DNA from: Gammaproteobacteria bacterium | GTDB lineage: Bacteria; Pseudomonadota; Gammaproteobacteria; Steroidobacterales; UBA11654 | Reading direction: 5' to 3' | NCBI GenBank assembly: GCA_012965065.1 | Contig: DTSX01000111.1 | Location: forward strand, 634 to 64,633 | DNA: 64,000 bases | Shown: piece after piece, positions 33,232 through 45,448 of the stretch | Position numbering within the stretch: the stretch's first letter is position 1 | Layout: each line of letters opens with the position of its first letter | Notes under the pieces: model-generated | Told to the model about the DNA's origin: nothing | The model's input: only the letters and a program-made list of their open reading frames with translations | The model's database searches: none | Position numbers and translations under genes: made by a program

Positions 33232-36054
33232 AGCCAGTGACAGAATGTTTTTTAAATACTTTCCTGTATGAGATCTTTTACATTTAGAAACGGTTTCGGG
33301 TGTGCCCACGGTTATTATTTCTCCTCCCTTATCCCCTCCCTCTGGCCCGAGATCTATAATCCAATCTGCTGTTTTTATAACATCAAGATTGTGTTCAATA
33401 ACAACTACTGTATTGCCATCATCTCTTAGCTTTAAGAGTACTTTAAGTAATTGATTAATATCATGAAAATGAAGTCCAGTTGTCGGTTCGTCCAGGAGAT
33501 AAAGGGTGCCACTATTCCCCCTTTTAGAAAGTTCTTTGGACAGTTTAATACGTTGAGCTTCACCACCTGATAGTGTTACGGCATTTTGACCAAGCTTGAT
33601 ATATCCAAGGCCAACTTCTACAAGCGTATTTAGTTTATTTTTAATACTTGGGATATTGATGAAGAACGAATAAGCTTCATCAACGGTCATTTCAAGAATG
33701 TCATAAATATTTTTCCCCTTATAGTTTATTTCCAGTGTCTCTCTATTGAAGCGCTTTCCTTTACAAGCATCACAAATTACATAAATGTCTGCTAAGAAAT
33801 TCATTTCAACTTTAATTACACCACCACCTTGGCATGTTTCACATCTGCCGCCTTTCACATTGAAACTAAAACGTCCTGGTTTGTACCCTCTTGATCTGGA
33901 TTCTTCTGTTGCAGCAAACAATTCTCTGGTTGCTGTAAATAACCCTGTATAGGTTGCCGGATTTGACCTTGGTGTTCTTCCTATTGGACTTTGGCTTATG
34001 TTTATGATGCGTTGAATATATTCAGAACCGTCAATGGTGGTTTCTGATAGGTATTCACTGGGCCTTTTATTCAGCTCTGAAACCATTAGGGGGTGTAGAG
34101 TTCCATTTATTAAACTTGATTTTCCAGACCCGGAAACTCCTGTAATGCAAGTCAATAAACCCAATGGAATTTTGACATGTAAACCTTTTAAATTATTTTT
34201 TCTGGCGTTGTTTATTTTGATCAGTTTTTCATTATTTACGTTTTCTCTTTTTAACGGTATTGCAATAGATTTTTGTCCATTTAAATATTGACCGGTCAAC
34301 GATTGTGGTTCATTTTCAAGACACTCAATACTCCCCTGACTTACAACTTTACCGCCTTCATTACCAGCGCCAGGTCCTAGATCGACAATATAATCCCCCG
34401 ACCGAATGGCTTCCTCATCGTGCTCGACTACAATGACGGTATTTCCGAGGTCTCTTAATCTTGTGAGAGTTGAAATCAGTCTTTTATTGTCTCTTTGATG
34501 CAGTCCTATGGTTGGTTCGTCGAGTATATACATTACCCCGACTAAGCCTGATCCTATTTGACTTGCTAGCCTGATTCTTTGAGATTCTCCACCAGAGAGA
34601 GTTTCCGCACTTCGTTCCAAATTAAGATAGTTTAAGCCTACGTTGGATAAGAAAAGTAAGCGCTCATAAATCTCTTTTATAATATTGGCTGCAATCTCAC
34701 CTCGAGTGCCTCTGATGTTCAGTTGTTCGAAAAAAATCAATGCTTCATCAATATTCATTTTGGTGATATCAGCAATATTCTTTTTCTGGATCAAAACGTT
34801 TCTTGCACCTATGTTTAATCTAGCGCCGTTGCATGTTTTGCAAGTTTTTACACTCATAAACTTAGACAAAGCATCTTTCACAGTCTGTGAATCAGTTTCT
34901 TTGTATCTTCTCTCAAGATTTGGAATAACGCCTTCAAAAACATGTTTTCTAGATATTTTTCTGCCTCTTCTTCCAGGGTAATAAAACTGTATTTTTTCAT
35001 TTCCACTTCCATATAAAAGGGTGTTTTTTATGGATTCACCGTAGGATTCAAAAGGCGCTTCGATGTCAAAATCAAAATGTTTTGATAGCCTTCTGATCAA
35101 GTGAAAGTAATAAAAATTTCTTCTGTCCCATCCTCTGATTGCACCTTCTGCGATGCTTAATTTAGAATTTTTGATAACCAAATGTGGACTAAAGAATTGT
35201 TCGACGCCCAAACCTTCACAAGTTTCACACGCACCTGCAGGATTGTTGAATGAAAATGTTCTTGGTTCAAGTTCCTGAATGGAGTAGCCACAAACAGGGC
35301 ATGCAAATCTATCTGAAAATAAGTACTCTGAAGCATTGTTTTCTAGGTGTATAACTTTCGTGACACCCTGTGCCAAATCCAGAGCCGTTGCAATGGATTC
35401 AGTTAGTCGAAGAGCAATATCAGGCTTGACCGTGAATCTATCAACAACGACCTCAATTGTATGTTTTTTCTTTGGATCAATGCTTGGTAATTGATCGATA
35501 GCGTAAACTTTTTGGTTGATTCTGACTCTGATGAAACCCTTTCTCTTTATTGTTTTCAGCAACTCTGCATGTTCTCCTTTTCTATCATTGATAAGCGGTG
35601 CTAGGAGCATTAATTTTGATCCTTTCTGTATTTGTAAAATCTGATCAACCATTTCACTGATGTTTTGTATTCCTAAATTTCGTTTGTGTTCAGGACACTT
35701 TGGAATTCCAGCTCTGGCATAGAGCAAACGGAGGTAATCGTATATTTCAGTTACAGTGCCGACAGTTGACCTGGGATTGTGTGAATTGGTTTTTTGCTCT
35801 ATAGATATGGCTGGAGACAATCCTTCAATCAAATCAACATCTGGTTTTTCCATCACTGACAAGAATTGTCTGGCGTATGTAGACAGAGACTCTACATAAC
35901 GTCTTTGACCTTCAGCATAAATGGTGTCAAACGCCAACGAGGATTTACCAGATCCTGAGAGCCCGGTGAAAATGATCAATTGGTTTCTTGGCAACTCCAG
36001 GTTTATATTCTTTAAGTTGTGAGTTTTTGCCCCTTTGATACTAATATTCCGCAT
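33223..36054 (-). CDS. uvrA: Excinuclease ABC subunit A
   Basis: 943 aa with two ABC ATPase modules ([23 protein letters not shown] signatures) and Zn-finger cysteines. Divergent from ssb, as in E. coli. Confidence 0.98.
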   Translation of the reverse strand: MRNISIKGAKTHNLKNINLELPRNQLIIFTGLSGSGKSSLAFDTIYAEGQRRYVESLSTYARQFLSVMEKPDVDLIEGLSPAISIEQKTNSHNPRSTVGTVTEIYDYLRLLYARAGIPKCPEHKRNLGIQNISEMVDQILQIQKGSKLMLLAPLINDRKGEHAELLKTIKRKGFIRVRINQKVYAIDQLPSIDPKKKHTIEVVVDRFTVKPDIALRLTESIATALDLAQGVTKVIHLENNASEYLFSDRFACPVCGYSIQELEPRTFSFNNPAGACETCEGLGVEQFFSPHLVIKNSKLSIAEGAIRGWDRRNFYYFHLIRRLSKHFDFDIEAPFESYGESIKNTLLYGSGNEKIQFYYPGRRGRKISRKHVFEGVIPNLERRYKETDSQTVKDALSKFMSVKTCKTCNGARLNIGARNVLIQKKNIADITKMNIDEALIFFEQLNIRGTRGEIAANIIKEIYERLLFLSNVGLNYLNLERSAETLSGGESQRIRLASQIGSGLVGVMYILDEPTIGLHQRDNKRLISTLTRLRDLGNTVIVVEHDEEAIRSGDYIVDLGPGAGNEGGKVVSQGSIECLENEPQSLTGQYLNGQKSIAIPLKRENVNNEKLIKINNARKNNLKGLHVKIPLGLLTCITGVSGSGKSSLINGTLHPLMVSELNKRPSEYLSETTIDGSEYIQRIINISQSPIGRTPRSNPATYTGLFTATRELFAATEESRSRGYKPGRFSFNVKGGRCETCQGGGVIKVEMNFLADIYVICDACKGKRFNRETLEINYKGKNIYDILEMTVDEAYSFFINIPSIKNKLNTLVEVGLGYIKLGQNAVTLSGGEAQRIKLSKELSKRGNSGTLYLLDEPTTGLHFHDINQLLKVLLKLRDDGNTVVVIEHNLDVIKTADWIIDLGPEGGDKGGEIITVGTPETVSKCKRSHTGKYLKNILSLASD

Positions 36055-36270
36055 ATTTTTACTCTAAAATTTTTGCCAAACACTCCATGATAAATCTTTT
36101 TGTATCTAAGAACCAAGTTCTGTACTGGAAACTTTGAAATCTTCTAGATAAAAAGAAATGCAGGTAATCTATTCTGGTACATTTTTTAATGCTCTAAGGT
36201 ACAATCATCAAATTTTTTGTTTACAATAAGAAGTCGAGTAATGAACCATTAGTTAAGGCAAGGAAATAAT

Positions 36271-36702
36271 ATGGCACGAGGAATAAACAAGGTAACAGTA
36301 CTAGGTAATTTGGGCGCTGACCCAGATGCCCGTTATATGCCTAACGGAAATGCAGTCACAAATATCAGTATTGCAACAACTAGGGCATGGAAGAATAAAG
36401 AATCTGGCGACAGCAATGAAGAAACTGAATGGCATAGAGTTGTTTTTTTTGGGCGTCTAGCAGAAATTGCGAGTGAGTACCTAAAAAAGGGTTCACAAGT
36501 TTATGTGGAAGGTAGGCTTCAAACAAGAAAGTGGGAAGATAAGGAAGGAAATGATCGTTGGACAACTGAAATTGTTGCCAATGAGATGCAAATGCTCGGC
36601 GAGCGCATCTCATCGTCGTCAAACTCGGATAATTTTAGTGCTCCAAGACGCAGTGGTTCTGAATTTGCATCGGATGATTTTGACGATGATATTCCCTTTT
36701 AG
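36271..36702 (+). CDS. ssb: Single-stranded DNA-binding protein
   Basis: 143 aa with an OB fold ([13 protein letters not shown]...[13 protein letters not shown]) and an acidic tail ending DDDIPF. Confidence 0.97.
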   Translation: MARGINKVTVLGNLGADPDARYMPNGNAVTNISIATTRAWKNKESGDSNEETEWHRVVFFGRLAEIASEYLKKGSQVYVEGRLQTRKWEDKEGNDRWTTEIVANEMQMLGERISSSSNSDNFSAPRRSGSEFASDDFDDDIPF

Positions 36703-36732
36703 CCACTTTTAACAATCCTATATTTTATACTT

Positions 36733-38055
36733 GTGTCTGGAAAGATCTTTATAAAGTCTTTTGGCTGTCAAATGAATGCATATGATGCCGATAAAATGGC
36801 CGATATCATGTGTAGTGATAGAAATATGGAACGCACTGATGATCCATCAAAAGCCAGTGTATTACTTTTAAATACTTGTTCTATAAGAGAAAAGCCACAA
36901 GAAAAAGTTTTTTCACAACTGGGCAGATGGCAAGTATATAAAAAAACTAATCCCAATGTTGTTATCGGTGTTGGAGGATGTGTTGCGAGCCAAGAAGGCA
37001 AATCAATCGTTAAGAGGGCACCCTATGTTGATATAGTTTTTGGTCCTCAAACATTGCACCGTTTACCTCAAATGTATGATCAAGTAGTGGCATCAAGGCG
37101 TTCGGTCGTGGATATTAGTTTTCCCAAAACAGAGAAATTTGATTTTCTACCCAAAACCAACCTAATAAAGCCTTCTGCGTTTGTCACGATTATCGAAGGT
37201 TGCAGCAAATTTTGTTCTTTTTGTGTTGTTCCATACACAAGAGGCTTGGAAGTCAGTAGACCTCCAGAACAAATCCTTGATGAGATTAATCATTTGGCCT
37301 CAATGGGGGTCAGAGAAGTGACACTTTTGGGGCAAAATGTAAATGCCTATCGGGCAAAAAATTCAGAAGGGGCGAGAATCAAATTATCACAGTTAATTGA
37401 CCAAGTAACAACAATAGAGAATATAGATCGAATCCGTTTTACCACTTCCCATCCACTGCAGTTTAGCCACGATTTAATTGAATCTTTTTCCAATAAAAAG
37501 TTAGCTAATTTTCTTCACTTACCCGTGCAGAGTGGATCAAATCGTATCCTAGAGTTGATGAAAAGAAAACATACTGTTGAGACTTACATAGCCAAAATCA
37601 ACAAGCTTAAAAAAGTGCGACCTAATATCAGTATATCTTCAGATTTTATAGTTGGATTCCCAGGTGAAACGGAAGATGATTTTAGACAAACTATGGCGTT
37701 AATTGAAACAATAGGTTTTGATCAATCCTTTAGTTTTATATTCAGTCCCAGACCACAGACACCTGCGGCATCCATGAAAGATACAACGAGCTATGATGAG
37801 AAATTGGATAGGTTGAAACGATTGCAGGCAAAAATCTCTTCCAATGCGATGAAAATAAGCAAAAGTATGGTTGGGACCAGCCAAAGGATTTTGGTTGAAA
37901 AGAAATCTAAAAAAGTAAAGACGCAATTGGCAGGCAGAACAGAAAACAATCGTTGGGTTAACTTTGATGGTCCCGAAAATTTAATAGGCCAATTCATTGA
38001 TTTGACAATCACAGAAGCTTTGCCTAATTCTCTTAGGGGGAGACTATATCATTAA
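36733..38055 (+). CDS. miaB: tRNA-i6A37 methylthiotransferase MiaB
   Basis: 440 aa with a GTG start, an N-terminal FGCQMNAYD cluster and the radical-SAM motif [15 protein letters not shown]. Heads the miaB-ybeZ-ybeY-corC-lnt string. Confidence 0.93.
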   Translation: MSGKIFIKSFGCQMNAYDADKMADIMCSDRNMERTDDPSKASVLLLNTCSIREKPQEKVFSQLGRWQVYKKTNPNVVIGVGGCVASQEGKSIVKRAPYVDIVFGPQTLHRLPQMYDQVVASRRSVVDISFPKTEKFDFLPKTNLIKPSAFVTIIEGCSKFCSFCVVPYTRGLEVSRPPEQILDEINHLASMGVREVTLLGQNVNAYRAKNSEGARIKLSQLIDQVTTIENIDRIRFTTSHPLQFSHDLIESFSNKKLANFLHLPVQSGSNRILELMKRKHTVETYIAKINKLKKVRPNISISSDFIVGFPGETEDDFRQTMALIETIGFDQSFSFIFSPRPQTPAASMKDTTSYDEKLDRLKRLQAKISSNAMKISKSMVGTSQRILVEKKSKKVKTQLAGRTENNRWVNFDGPENLIGQFIDLTITEALPNSLRGRLYH

Positions 38056-38080
38056 AACTTATTAATGAGGGTCGTTTAAC

Positions 38081-39028
38081 TTGAAAACCAAAGAATTTCA
38101 AATAGATGCAGCTGACAATGAGATCTTAGCTAACTTGCTGGGAGTGTTTGATAAAAACTTGCGGGTTATTGAAAAGGCCCTAAGCATAGAGATTAAAAAT
38201 AGGGGCAATATTTTCTTGTTGTCTGGGTCAACCAAGGATTTAATTAGAGGTGAAAAAATCATCAAAGATTTATACATTACCGCTACCAATGAAAATTTAT
38301 CAGAGAAGAAAATACATTTATTAGTAAGAAAAAATATGGGAAATCATGAAGAACAAGGAAATATGGAACCGACTCCAGATATTAAAACACCTAGGCGAGC
38401 AATTAAAACCCAGGGTAAAAATCAATCCATTTATATCAAAACTATTAGGGAGAATGATCTCTGTTTTGGAATAGGGCCAGCAGGAACTGGTAAAACCTAC
38501 TTAGCAGTTGCAGCTGCGATTGAAGCACTGCAAAAACAAGTTGTTAGCAAGATTATTTTAGTTAGACCCGCTGTTGAGGCAGGCGAGAGACTTGGGTTTC
38601 TCCCCGGTGATCTTTCCCAAAAAGTTGATCCTTATCTTAGACCAATGTATGACGCTCTTTATGAAATGCTAGGCTTTGATCAGGTCAACCATTTAATTGA
38701 ACGAAGGGCGATAGAGTTGGCCCCACTGGCTTTTATGAGGGGTCGGTCGCTCAATGACAGTTTTATTATCTTGGATGAAGCACAGAATACCACTGTTCAA
38801 CAGATGAAAATGTTTCTTACTCGCATGGGTTTTGGTTCTAAATCAGTGATCAATGGAGATATTACTCAAATAGACCTGCCAACAGACAAAGTGTCAGGGC
38901 TTAAACATGCTGTGGAAGTTCTTGATGGCATTGAGGGTATAGGTATTATAAATTTTAATCACTCCGATGTGGTTAGGCATAAAGTCGTTCAAAATATTGT
39001 TGAGGCATATGAAAAACATGAAAGATAG
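38081..39028 (+). CDS. ybeZ: PhoH-like ATPase YbeZ
   Basis: 315 aa with a TTG start and the Walker A motif GPAGTGKTYLAVA. PhoH family, in the conserved position. Confidence 0.9.
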   Translation: MKTKEFQIDAADNEILANLLGVFDKNLRVIEKALSIEIKNRGNIFLLSGSTKDLIRGEKIIKDLYITATNENLSEKKIHLLVRKNMGNHEEQGNMEPTPDIKTPRRAIKTQGKNQSIYIKTIRENDLCFGIGPAGTGKTYLAVAAAIEALQKQVVSKIILVRPAVEAGERLGFLPGDLSQKVDPYLRPMYDALYEMLGFDQVNHLIERRAIELAPLAFMRGRSLNDSFIILDEAQNTTVQQMKMFLTRMGFGSKSVINGDITQIDLPTDKVSGLKHAVEVLDGIEGIGIINFNHSDVVRHKVVQNIVEAYEKHER

Positions 39029-39053
39029 ATTTAATCATAAGGCTTAATCACTT

Positions 39054-39545
39054 ATGAATCTGTCGGGCCATCAACGGGTATATGTACAAACTCAAATTGA
39101 AATCGACCATGTTCTTCCCTTGAGCGCCGAAGATATTCAGGAATGCATTGATTTAAGTTTTGCGGCTGCAAAGGCAGAGTTGAAATTTCCATTTGCAGTC
39201 AATGTTAGAATTGTTGGTCATGATGAAAGTATGATTTTGAATAACAAATATAAAAAAAAGAAATTACCAACAAATGTTCTGGCGTTTAAAGGCAATTTGG
39301 ATGAAGAGAGAAATATGGGTATTCAGCCACCTTACCTTGGCGATGTTGTTATTTGTTTTCCTGTGGTGGAGAAGGAGGCAATGGAACAAGAAAAGAGCTT
39401 TAGTTTTCATTTTGCCCATATGGTAGTGCATGGGTTCTTGCATTTACTTGGTTTTGATCATCAAAACGATAGGGATGAAAAAAACATGCAAGAGATAGAA
39501 AATCAAGTCCTAGAAAAAATCAGTATTCTGCAATGGGTGCAATAA
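39054..39545 (+). CDS. ybeY: rRNA maturation endoribonuclease YbeY
   Basis: 163 aa with the metal-binding motif HGFLHLLGFDH. Confidence 0.93.
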   Translation: MNLSGHQRVYVQTQIEIDHVLPLSAEDIQECIDLSFAAAKAELKFPFAVNVRIVGHDESMILNNKYKKKKLPTNVLAFKGNLDEERNMGIQPPYLGDVVICFPVVEKEAMEQEKSFSFHFAHMVVHGFLHLLGFDHQNDRDEKNMQEIENQVLEKISILQWVQ

Positions 39546-40363
39546 TTCATACGATGAGTTCTTTGATCAAAAAATTAATTTCTTTCTATAAACCAAAGGA
39601 AGACGATTTAGAATCTTTTTTTGATTTCATGAATTCAGATCAATGGAGTGAACTTATAGGGCAAGATGAAATTCGGATGATTCGAGGTGTTTTTGAAGTT
39701 TCGGAACTACAGGTTAGGGACATTATGATACCCCGTTCAAATATGATTGTATTGGATACTAATTCATCCATAACTGATCTTTTGCATCAAATTGGCAACT
39801 CTGGCCATTCTCGATTTCCAGTAATTGGCGAAAACAAAGATGAAGTTGTTGGAATCTTGTTGGCTAAAGACTTGCTAAAATTTTCAAATCAAAACGATAA
39901 CAGTGATTTTAAAATAAAAGATTTTCTCAGACCCCCAACTTTCATACCTGAGAGCAAGAGGTTAAAAATTTTACTCAACGAATTTAGAAAGAGTCGGAAT
40001 CATATGGCAATTGTTGTTGATGAATATGGAAGAATTGCTGGACTACTCACCATTGAGGATGTGCTGGAGCAGATTGTTGGAGATATAGAAGATGAATTTG
40101 ATGCTGAAGACTTACCGATGATCCAGGAGAAAGGGAAGGGGCAATTTGAGGTCGATGCTTTGATCCGGATTGAAGATTTCAACGAGTTTTTTGACACTCA
40201 ATACCTGGATGAAGACTTTGATACCCTTGGAGGAATGATCATTAATAAATTGGGTAAATTCCCTCAAAAAGGAGAAAGTTTATCGATAAATCCGTTGACT
40301 TTTAAGGTCCTTAGATCTGACAGTAGAAGACTGCAGTTAATAGAAGTGAGGGAAATTGAATAG
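39533..40363 (+). CDS. corC: CBS-domain Mg/Co efflux-associated protein CorC/YbeX
   Basis: 276 aa with a CBS pair (VRDIMIPRSNM..., HMAIVVDEYGRIAGLLTIEDVLEQIVGDIEDE) and a CorC_HlyC C-terminal domain. The start could instead be the ATG at 39551. Confidence 0.9.
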   Translation: MGAIIHTMSSLIKKLISFYKPKEDDLESFFDFMNSDQWSELIGQDEIRMIRGVFEVSELQVRDIMIPRSNMIVLDTNSSITDLLHQIGNSGHSRFPVIGENKDEVVGILLAKDLLKFSNQNDNSDFKIKDFLRPPTFIPESKRLKILLNEFRKSRNHMAIVVDEYGRIAGLLTIEDVLEQIVGDIEDEFDAEDLPMIQEKGKGQFEVDALIRIEDFNEFFDTQYLDEDFDTLGGMIINKLGKFPQKGESLSINPLTFKVLRSDSRRLQLIEVREIE

Positions 40364-41849
40364 GCATCACTTAGTGTCCTCTTTTGTAGGAGCTTTATTT
40401 CTTTTGGCCTTTGAACCTTTTGGTGTTTCAATTTTAGCAGCAGTCTCTATTGGCTATTTATTCATCTTGTGTTTAACACAACCACCAAAGATTGTAGCCC
40501 AATGCTATTTTTGTTTTGGCCTGATATTATTTGCTTCTGGATTGTACTGGCTTTATATAAGTATTCATACGGTCAGCGGAGGTCCAATTTGGCTGGCAAT
40601 ATTATTGATCGCTATACTGTCTGTTTTCATGGCTTTGTATTATGCGATTACAGGTTACTTGATTAGTTACAGTTACACTAAATTCCAATCAAAATCTTTA
40701 ACGTTATTAATTATTGCACCCTCAATTTGGGGTTTAATTGAGTGGGTTAGGGGCTGGCTTCTATCTGGGTTTCCTTGGTTCAGTGTGGGCTACAGCCAAA
40801 CCAACACATACCTTTCTAATTGGGCACCCATAGGTGGCATTTATATGGTTACCTGGGTTTGTGGAATCTGCGCAGGCCTATTAGCTTTGATTTATTTGGG
40901 TAATAAGCAACAGAGCTATAAAGGAGCAGGAGTATTGATTGCAGTCATCATTGTTTCGCTGCTGCTGGGGACGTTTTCATGGACTCAATCAACGGGTGAA
41001 AAATTAACTGTTAGTTTGGTTCAAGGAGGGGTCCAACAAGAAAAAAAATGGCTGCCTAGTGAATTCAGGAAGACACTTGATTTGTATAAAAGCAGCCTAG
41101 CAGCTGCTAGTAAAAGCGATTTAGTGGTCTGGCCTGAGGTTGCAATTCCTGGCATTGCAGCCAACGTTGAACCCTATTTAGACGATGTCAGGAAAATTAT
41201 AAAAGACAACAAAATACAATTGTTACTCTTAGGTATTCTTACCTCAGACAAGGCATCCGGTAAGATCAGAAATTCGATGATAGCAATTGGTTCCAATGAT
41301 GTTGTTTACCACAAAAGGCATCTTCTCCCATTTGGCGAGTACTTCCCTGTGCCGGATATGGTCAGATCCTGGCTCCAAAGCATAGGACTTCCCAATAGAG
41401 ACATTGAGCGTGGAAAGACTGTCCAAAGCATGCCACGGGTGAGCAACTTTCTTATTGCTCCATCGATTTGTTACGAAGATATTTTTGGTTCAGAGCAATT
41501 AGGGTATTTTCCAAAGGCAAATGTTTTGGTCAACATAACTAACAATGCTTGGTTTGGCAAATCCTTTGCTTCAGAACAGCATTTCCAGATGTCAAGAATG
41601 AGAGCGATAGAGACGGGTCGTTATTTACTGAGAGCAACTAACACTGGAGTGACAGCCATTGTAGGGCCAAATGGCACTGTTCAGAAACATGCAGAATCTT
41701 TTAAGTTTTCTGTATTATCGGGAACATTTGAGGCGATGATTGGCAGCACTCCTTACATAAAATATGGTAATTCTTTGATTGTCATCCTAATGATTCTGAA
41801 TCTTTTTTTAGGCTATTTTTGGGGTAGGAATCGGATAAAATATAGATAG
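40356..41849 (+). CDS. lnt: Apolipoprotein N-acyltransferase
   Basis: 497 aa with N-terminal multi-TM segments and a C-N hydrolase-type domain (VVWPE, ICYEDIFG). In the conserved position after corC. Confidence 0.92.
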   Translation: MNRHHLVSSFVGALFLLAFEPFGVSILAAVSIGYLFILCLTQPPKIVAQCYFCFGLILFASGLYWLYISIHTVSGGPIWLAILLIAILSVFMALYYAITGYLISYSYTKFQSKSLTLLIIAPSIWGLIEWVRGWLLSGFPWFSVGYSQTNTYLSNWAPIGGIYMVTWVCGICAGLLALIYLGNKQQSYKGAGVLIAVIIVSLLLGTFSWTQSTGEKLTVSLVQGGVQQEKKWLPSEFRKTLDLYKSSLAAASKSDLVVWPEVAIPGIAANVEPYLDDVRKIIKDNKIQLLLLGILTSDKASGKIRNSMIAIGSNDVVYHKRHLLPFGEYFPVPDMVRSWLQSIGLPNRDIERGKTVQSMPRVSNFLIAPSICYEDIFGSEQLGYFPKANVLVNITNNAWFGKSFASEQHFQMSRMRAIETGRYLLRATNTGVTAIVGPNGTVQKHAESFKFSVLSGTFEAMIGSTPYIKYGNSLIVILMILNLFLGYFWGRNRIKYR

Positions 41850-41911
41850 CGTTTCCACTAATTTTCATACCGATGTATGCTTGGTAACTGTTTTTTTGTT
41901 TAAAATACAAT

Positions 41912-44371
41912 ATGTCTGATAGACCATATAATCCAAAGAAAATTGAATCAGAAGCTCAAGCGTTCTGGAAAGAGAATCGTATTTTTGAGGTTCAAGAAGA
42001 TTCTAGCTTAGAGAAATTCTATTGTTTGTGTATGTTTCCTTACCCCAGCGGAAGGTTGCACATGGGACATGTTCGCAATTATACAATTGGTGATGTGATC
42101 TCAAGGTATCAGAGAATGTTGGGTAAAAATGTCTTGCAACCAATGGGTTGGGATGCTTTTGGGTTGCCTGCAGAAGGAGCTGCGATTAAGAATAATATGG
42201 CCCCAGCTCAGTGGACCAGAGACAACATTGAATACATGAAGCATCAATTTAATTTGCTTGGTTTTGGGTACGATTGGAATCGGGAACTTACCACTTGTGA
42301 TCCAAATTATTACCGATGGGAACAATGGATGTTTTCAAGGTTGTATGCCAAAGGTTTAGCATACAAAGATAAAGCCATTGTCAATTGGGATCCAGAAGAA
42401 AATACTGTCTTGGCGAATGAACAAGTAATTGATGGTAGAGGATGGCGATCAGGGGCTTCTATTGAACGACGTGAAATGCCTCAATGGTTTCTTAGGATTA
42501 CAGACTATTGCGAGGAGCTTCTTTCAGACTTGGATGATTTGGATTGGCCGGAGCCTGTCAAAATTATGCAAAGAAACTGGATCGGACGATCAGAAGGAGT
42601 TGAGATTGTTTTCGAAGTAGTTGATTCATCCCAACAGTTAACTGTTTATACCACCAGGCCAGACACTTTATTTGGGGCAACTTATATGGCTTTGGCCCCT
42701 GAACACCCTCTCATCCAACCGTTGGCAGAGAAAAACAAGGAGGTCCAAGCATTTTTAGACAAGATAAAACTTCAGGCTGTTTCTGAAGAAGCCCTTGAAA
42801 AAATGGAAAAAATTGGAATTCCATTAGGGCTTGAAGCAATTAACCCAATCAATGGCAACAAAATTCCTATATGGGCTGCTAATTTCATACTCATGAGCTA
42901 TGGAACAGGAGCAACAATGTCTGTTCCTGCTCACGATCAGAGAGATTACGATTTTGCAAAGAAATATAAATTACCCATTCAGCCAGTGATTGTTCCCAAC
43001 AAACCTGGGTTGGAGCATGATTTCAATGAAAGCGCTTTTACCCAACTGGGCACATTAATCAATTCAAACAAATTTGATGGTATGGATTCTGAGGAGGCAA
43101 TTGAGGCCATAGGCTCAGAGTTAGAGCAAAAAGAAAAAGGAAAAAAAGTAATCAATTATCGTATGCGGGATTGGTTAATTTCTAGGCAACGGTACTGGGG
43201 CGCTCCAATTCCAATGCTTACCGATGAAAATGGGGACATTTTCCCTGAACGTGATGAGAATTTGCCAGTAGAACTCCCCGAAAACGTATCCTTTTCTGGG
43301 GTGCAGTCACCGATTAAATCAATGAAAGAATTTATTGAATCAGTTGACCCAATATCAAATGAAATCTACCAAAGGGAGACTGATACATTTGATACTTTTA
43401 TGGAATCTTCTTGGTATTATGCACGTTTTTGTTGTCCAGATAATCATGAAAAAATGCTTGATGAGAGAGCTAACTATTGGTTACCAGTTGATTTATATAT
43501 TGGGGGTATCGAACATGCAATTCTTCATCTACTGTACGCTCGGTTCTATCACAAACTATTACGAGACGAGGGTTTGGTAGAAGTAGATGAACCATTCAAG
43601 CGTTTACTGACTCAGGGTATGGTACTAAATGGCGGGTCAAAGATGTCTAAATCTATGGGCAATACCGTTGATCCAGAGGAGATGATTAATAATTATGGAG
43701 CCGACACGGTAAGATTGTTTATGATGTTTGCTGCACCTCCAGAACAGTCATTGGAATGGTCAGATAAGGCTGTAAATGGTGCGTATCGTTTTTTACGAAA
43801 ATTTTGGACAATGGTCCTAAACAGAATTGATGACATTTCCAACGTAGACGATATTGATCCGGATGATTTTTTTAATGATTCACAGAAAGAGTTGAGAAAA
43901 GAGACTCATAAAACCATTGCAAAGGTAAGTGATGATATTGGAAGGAGGTACACTTTCAACACCGCCATAGCGGCAATTATGAGTTTGTCTAACCGTGTTT
44001 CTAGGTATCAAATAGACACAGACCTTGATCGTAAAGTTGTTCGGGAAGCTCTGGAATCAATGGTTTTGCTGCTGTCCCCAATTGTGCCTCATATTTGTAA
44101 TCATTTATGGACTGAGCTTGGCCACCAGACTGCAGTGGTAAATGAACTGTGGCCTACTTTTAACGAAGATCTAACGGTTGATGCTACATTGGAGATAGTT
44201 ATTCAGATTAATGGTAAGTTAAGGGCACGCTTGAATGTGGCGGCCAACATCGATGAGGAAACACTTAAAGAGCTTGCATTCAATGAGCCAAAAATAGCCA
44301 AACTTATTGCTGAACAGACAATTAAGAAAACAATCGTAGTACCCGGGAAACTAATTAATATTGTGACGTGA
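41912..44371 (+). CDS. leuS: Leucine--tRNA ligase
   Basis: 819 aa with the HIGH-type motif HMGHVRNY and KMSKSMGN. LeuRS-like throughout. Confidence 0.97.
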   Translation: MSDRPYNPKKIESEAQAFWKENRIFEVQEDSSLEKFYCLCMFPYPSGRLHMGHVRNYTIGDVISRYQRMLGKNVLQPMGWDAFGLPAEGAAIKNNMAPAQWTRDNIEYMKHQFNLLGFGYDWNRELTTCDPNYYRWEQWMFSRLYAKGLAYKDKAIVNWDPEENTVLANEQVIDGRGWRSGASIERREMPQWFLRITDYCEELLSDLDDLDWPEPVKIMQRNWIGRSEGVEIVFEVVDSSQQLTVYTTRPDTLFGATYMALAPEHPLIQPLAEKNKEVQAFLDKIKLQAVSEEALEKMEKIGIPLGLEAINPINGNKIPIWAANFILMSYGTGATMSVPAHDQRDYDFAKKYKLPIQPVIVPNKPGLEHDFNESAFTQLGTLINSNKFDGMDSEEAIEAIGSELEQKEKGKKVINYRMRDWLISRQRYWGAPIPMLTDENGDIFPERDENLPVELPENVSFSGVQSPIKSMKEFIESVDPISNEIYQRETDTFDTFMESSWYYARFCCPDNHEKMLDERANYWLPVDLYIGGIEHAILHLLYARFYHKLLRDEGLVEVDEPFKRLLTQGMVLNGGSKMSKSMGNTVDPEEMINNYGADTVRLFMMFAAPPEQSLEWSDKAVNGAYRFLRKFWTMVLNRIDDISNVDDIDPDDFFNDSQKELRKETHKTIAKVSDDIGRRYTFNTAIAAIMSLSNRVSRYQIDTDLDRKVVREALESMVLLLSPIVPHICNHLWTELGHQTAVVNELWPTFNEDLTVDATLEIVIQINGKLRARLNVAANIDEETLKELAFNEPKIAKLIAEQTIKKTIVVPGKLINIVT

Positions 44372-44859
44372 TAAATTTATCGAAAAAATTGATAATCATC
44401 GTCACATCCTTGCTGCTACTTGGTTGTGGCTTTCAGTTGCAAAACAGTGCTAATTTTGTTGGAAAATTAGAAACCCTTTATATCCAAACCACTGATCCAT
44501 ATACTGTTTTTTATCAAACCATTAAGCGACAACTGGTGGGCAATGGCGTTGAAATAACAACTGAAAGAGCCGCTGCAGAGTTTGTGTTAACCATTCACGC
44601 TGATGAATCTGATCAAAGGATTTTATCAGTCTCGGGAAGAAACACACCCATAGAATATGAAGTTTACTATCTTGTTAAGTGGTCATTAACTAAGGGCAAT
44701 CAGGTAATTATCCAGCCAACGAACAGCAATAGATTCCAGGATTACACTTTTGATCAACGTCAATTATTGGGAAAATCTACCGAAAGTCGTATCATTCAGG
44801 AATCATTGGCGGAGGATATTGTCCAGATGATCTTGGTTAAACTAAACCAATCGTTGTAA
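44368..44859 (+). CDS. lptE: LPS-assembly lipoprotein LptE
   Basis: 163 aa with the lipobox LLLGCGFQL. Directly after leuS with a 4-nt overlap, as in E. coli. Confidence 0.8.
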   Translation: MINLSKKLIIIVTSLLLLGCGFQLQNSANFVGKLETLYIQTTDPYTVFYQTIKRQLVGNGVEITTERAAAEFVLTIHADESDQRILSVSGRNTPIEYEVYYLVKWSLTKGNQVIIQPTNSNRFQDYTFDQRQLLGKSTESRIIQESLAEDIVQMILVKLNQSL

Positions 44860-44863
44860 AGGA

Positions 44864-45448
44864 ATGGCAAGAATACATTTTATTTATTCGACCATGAATG
44901 CAGGCAAGTCGACCGCATTGCTGCAAACTAATTTTAGCTATCTGGAAAAAGGCATGAACACTGTTTTATTTACTTCAGAACAAGACAACCGATATGGAAA
45001 TTCAGAAATTGTTTCAAGAATCGGCTTAAAGAGTAAGGCCGAGACTTTTAAAACCAATGATAATTTGTTTGATCATGTCTCCAAAGCACATAGTGAAAAT
45101 GCCATAGACTGTGTATTGATTGATGAAGCACAGTTTTTAACAAAAGGCCAAGTGTATCAATTGGGTCGAATTGTTGATGAGCTTGATGTTACTGTTTTGG
45201 CTTATGGAATCCGGACAGATTTTCGTGGTGAATTGTTTGAAGGCAGCCGTTATTTATTAGCTTGGGCAGACCATTTAAGTGAAATTAGAACTGTTTGTCA
45301 TTGTGGACGAAAAGCAACGATGATCGTGCGTGTTGACGATAAAGGAGAGGTTGTTAGAGAAGGAGAACAAGTGGAGATAGGTGGCAATGAGAGATATTTA
45401 TCTTTGTGTCGACTCCATTTTTATCAAGGCATTACAACAAGAACCTAA
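44864..45448 (+). CDS. tdk: Thymidine kinase
   Basis: 194 aa that aligns by eye with E. coli Tdk (YSTMNAGKSTALLQ, IDEAQFL, YGIRTDFRGELFEGSRYLLAWAD, CHCGRKAT...GGNERYLSLCRLH). Confidence 0.95.
   Translation: MARIHFIYSTMNAGKSTALLQTNFSYLEKGMNTVLFTSEQDNRYGNSEIVSRIGLKSKAETFKTNDNLFDHVSKAHSENAIDCVLIDEAQFLTKGQVYQLGRIVDELDVTVLAYGIRTDFRGELFEGSRYLLAWADHLSEIRTVCHCGRKATMIVRVDDKGEVVREGEQVEIGGNERYLSLCRLHFYQGITTRT

Noticed and set aside
36055-36270. Search for a LexA/SOS box in the divergent uvrA-ssb spacer, where E. coli has one
   Set aside because: No CTG-N10-CAG or CTGT-N8-ACAG match occurs on either strand. Only an inverted-order CAG-N10-CTG (caggtaatctattctg) and three scattered GTAC cores were seen, which is not enough to call an operator. 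Whether this organism has an SOS regulon cannot be judged from this window.
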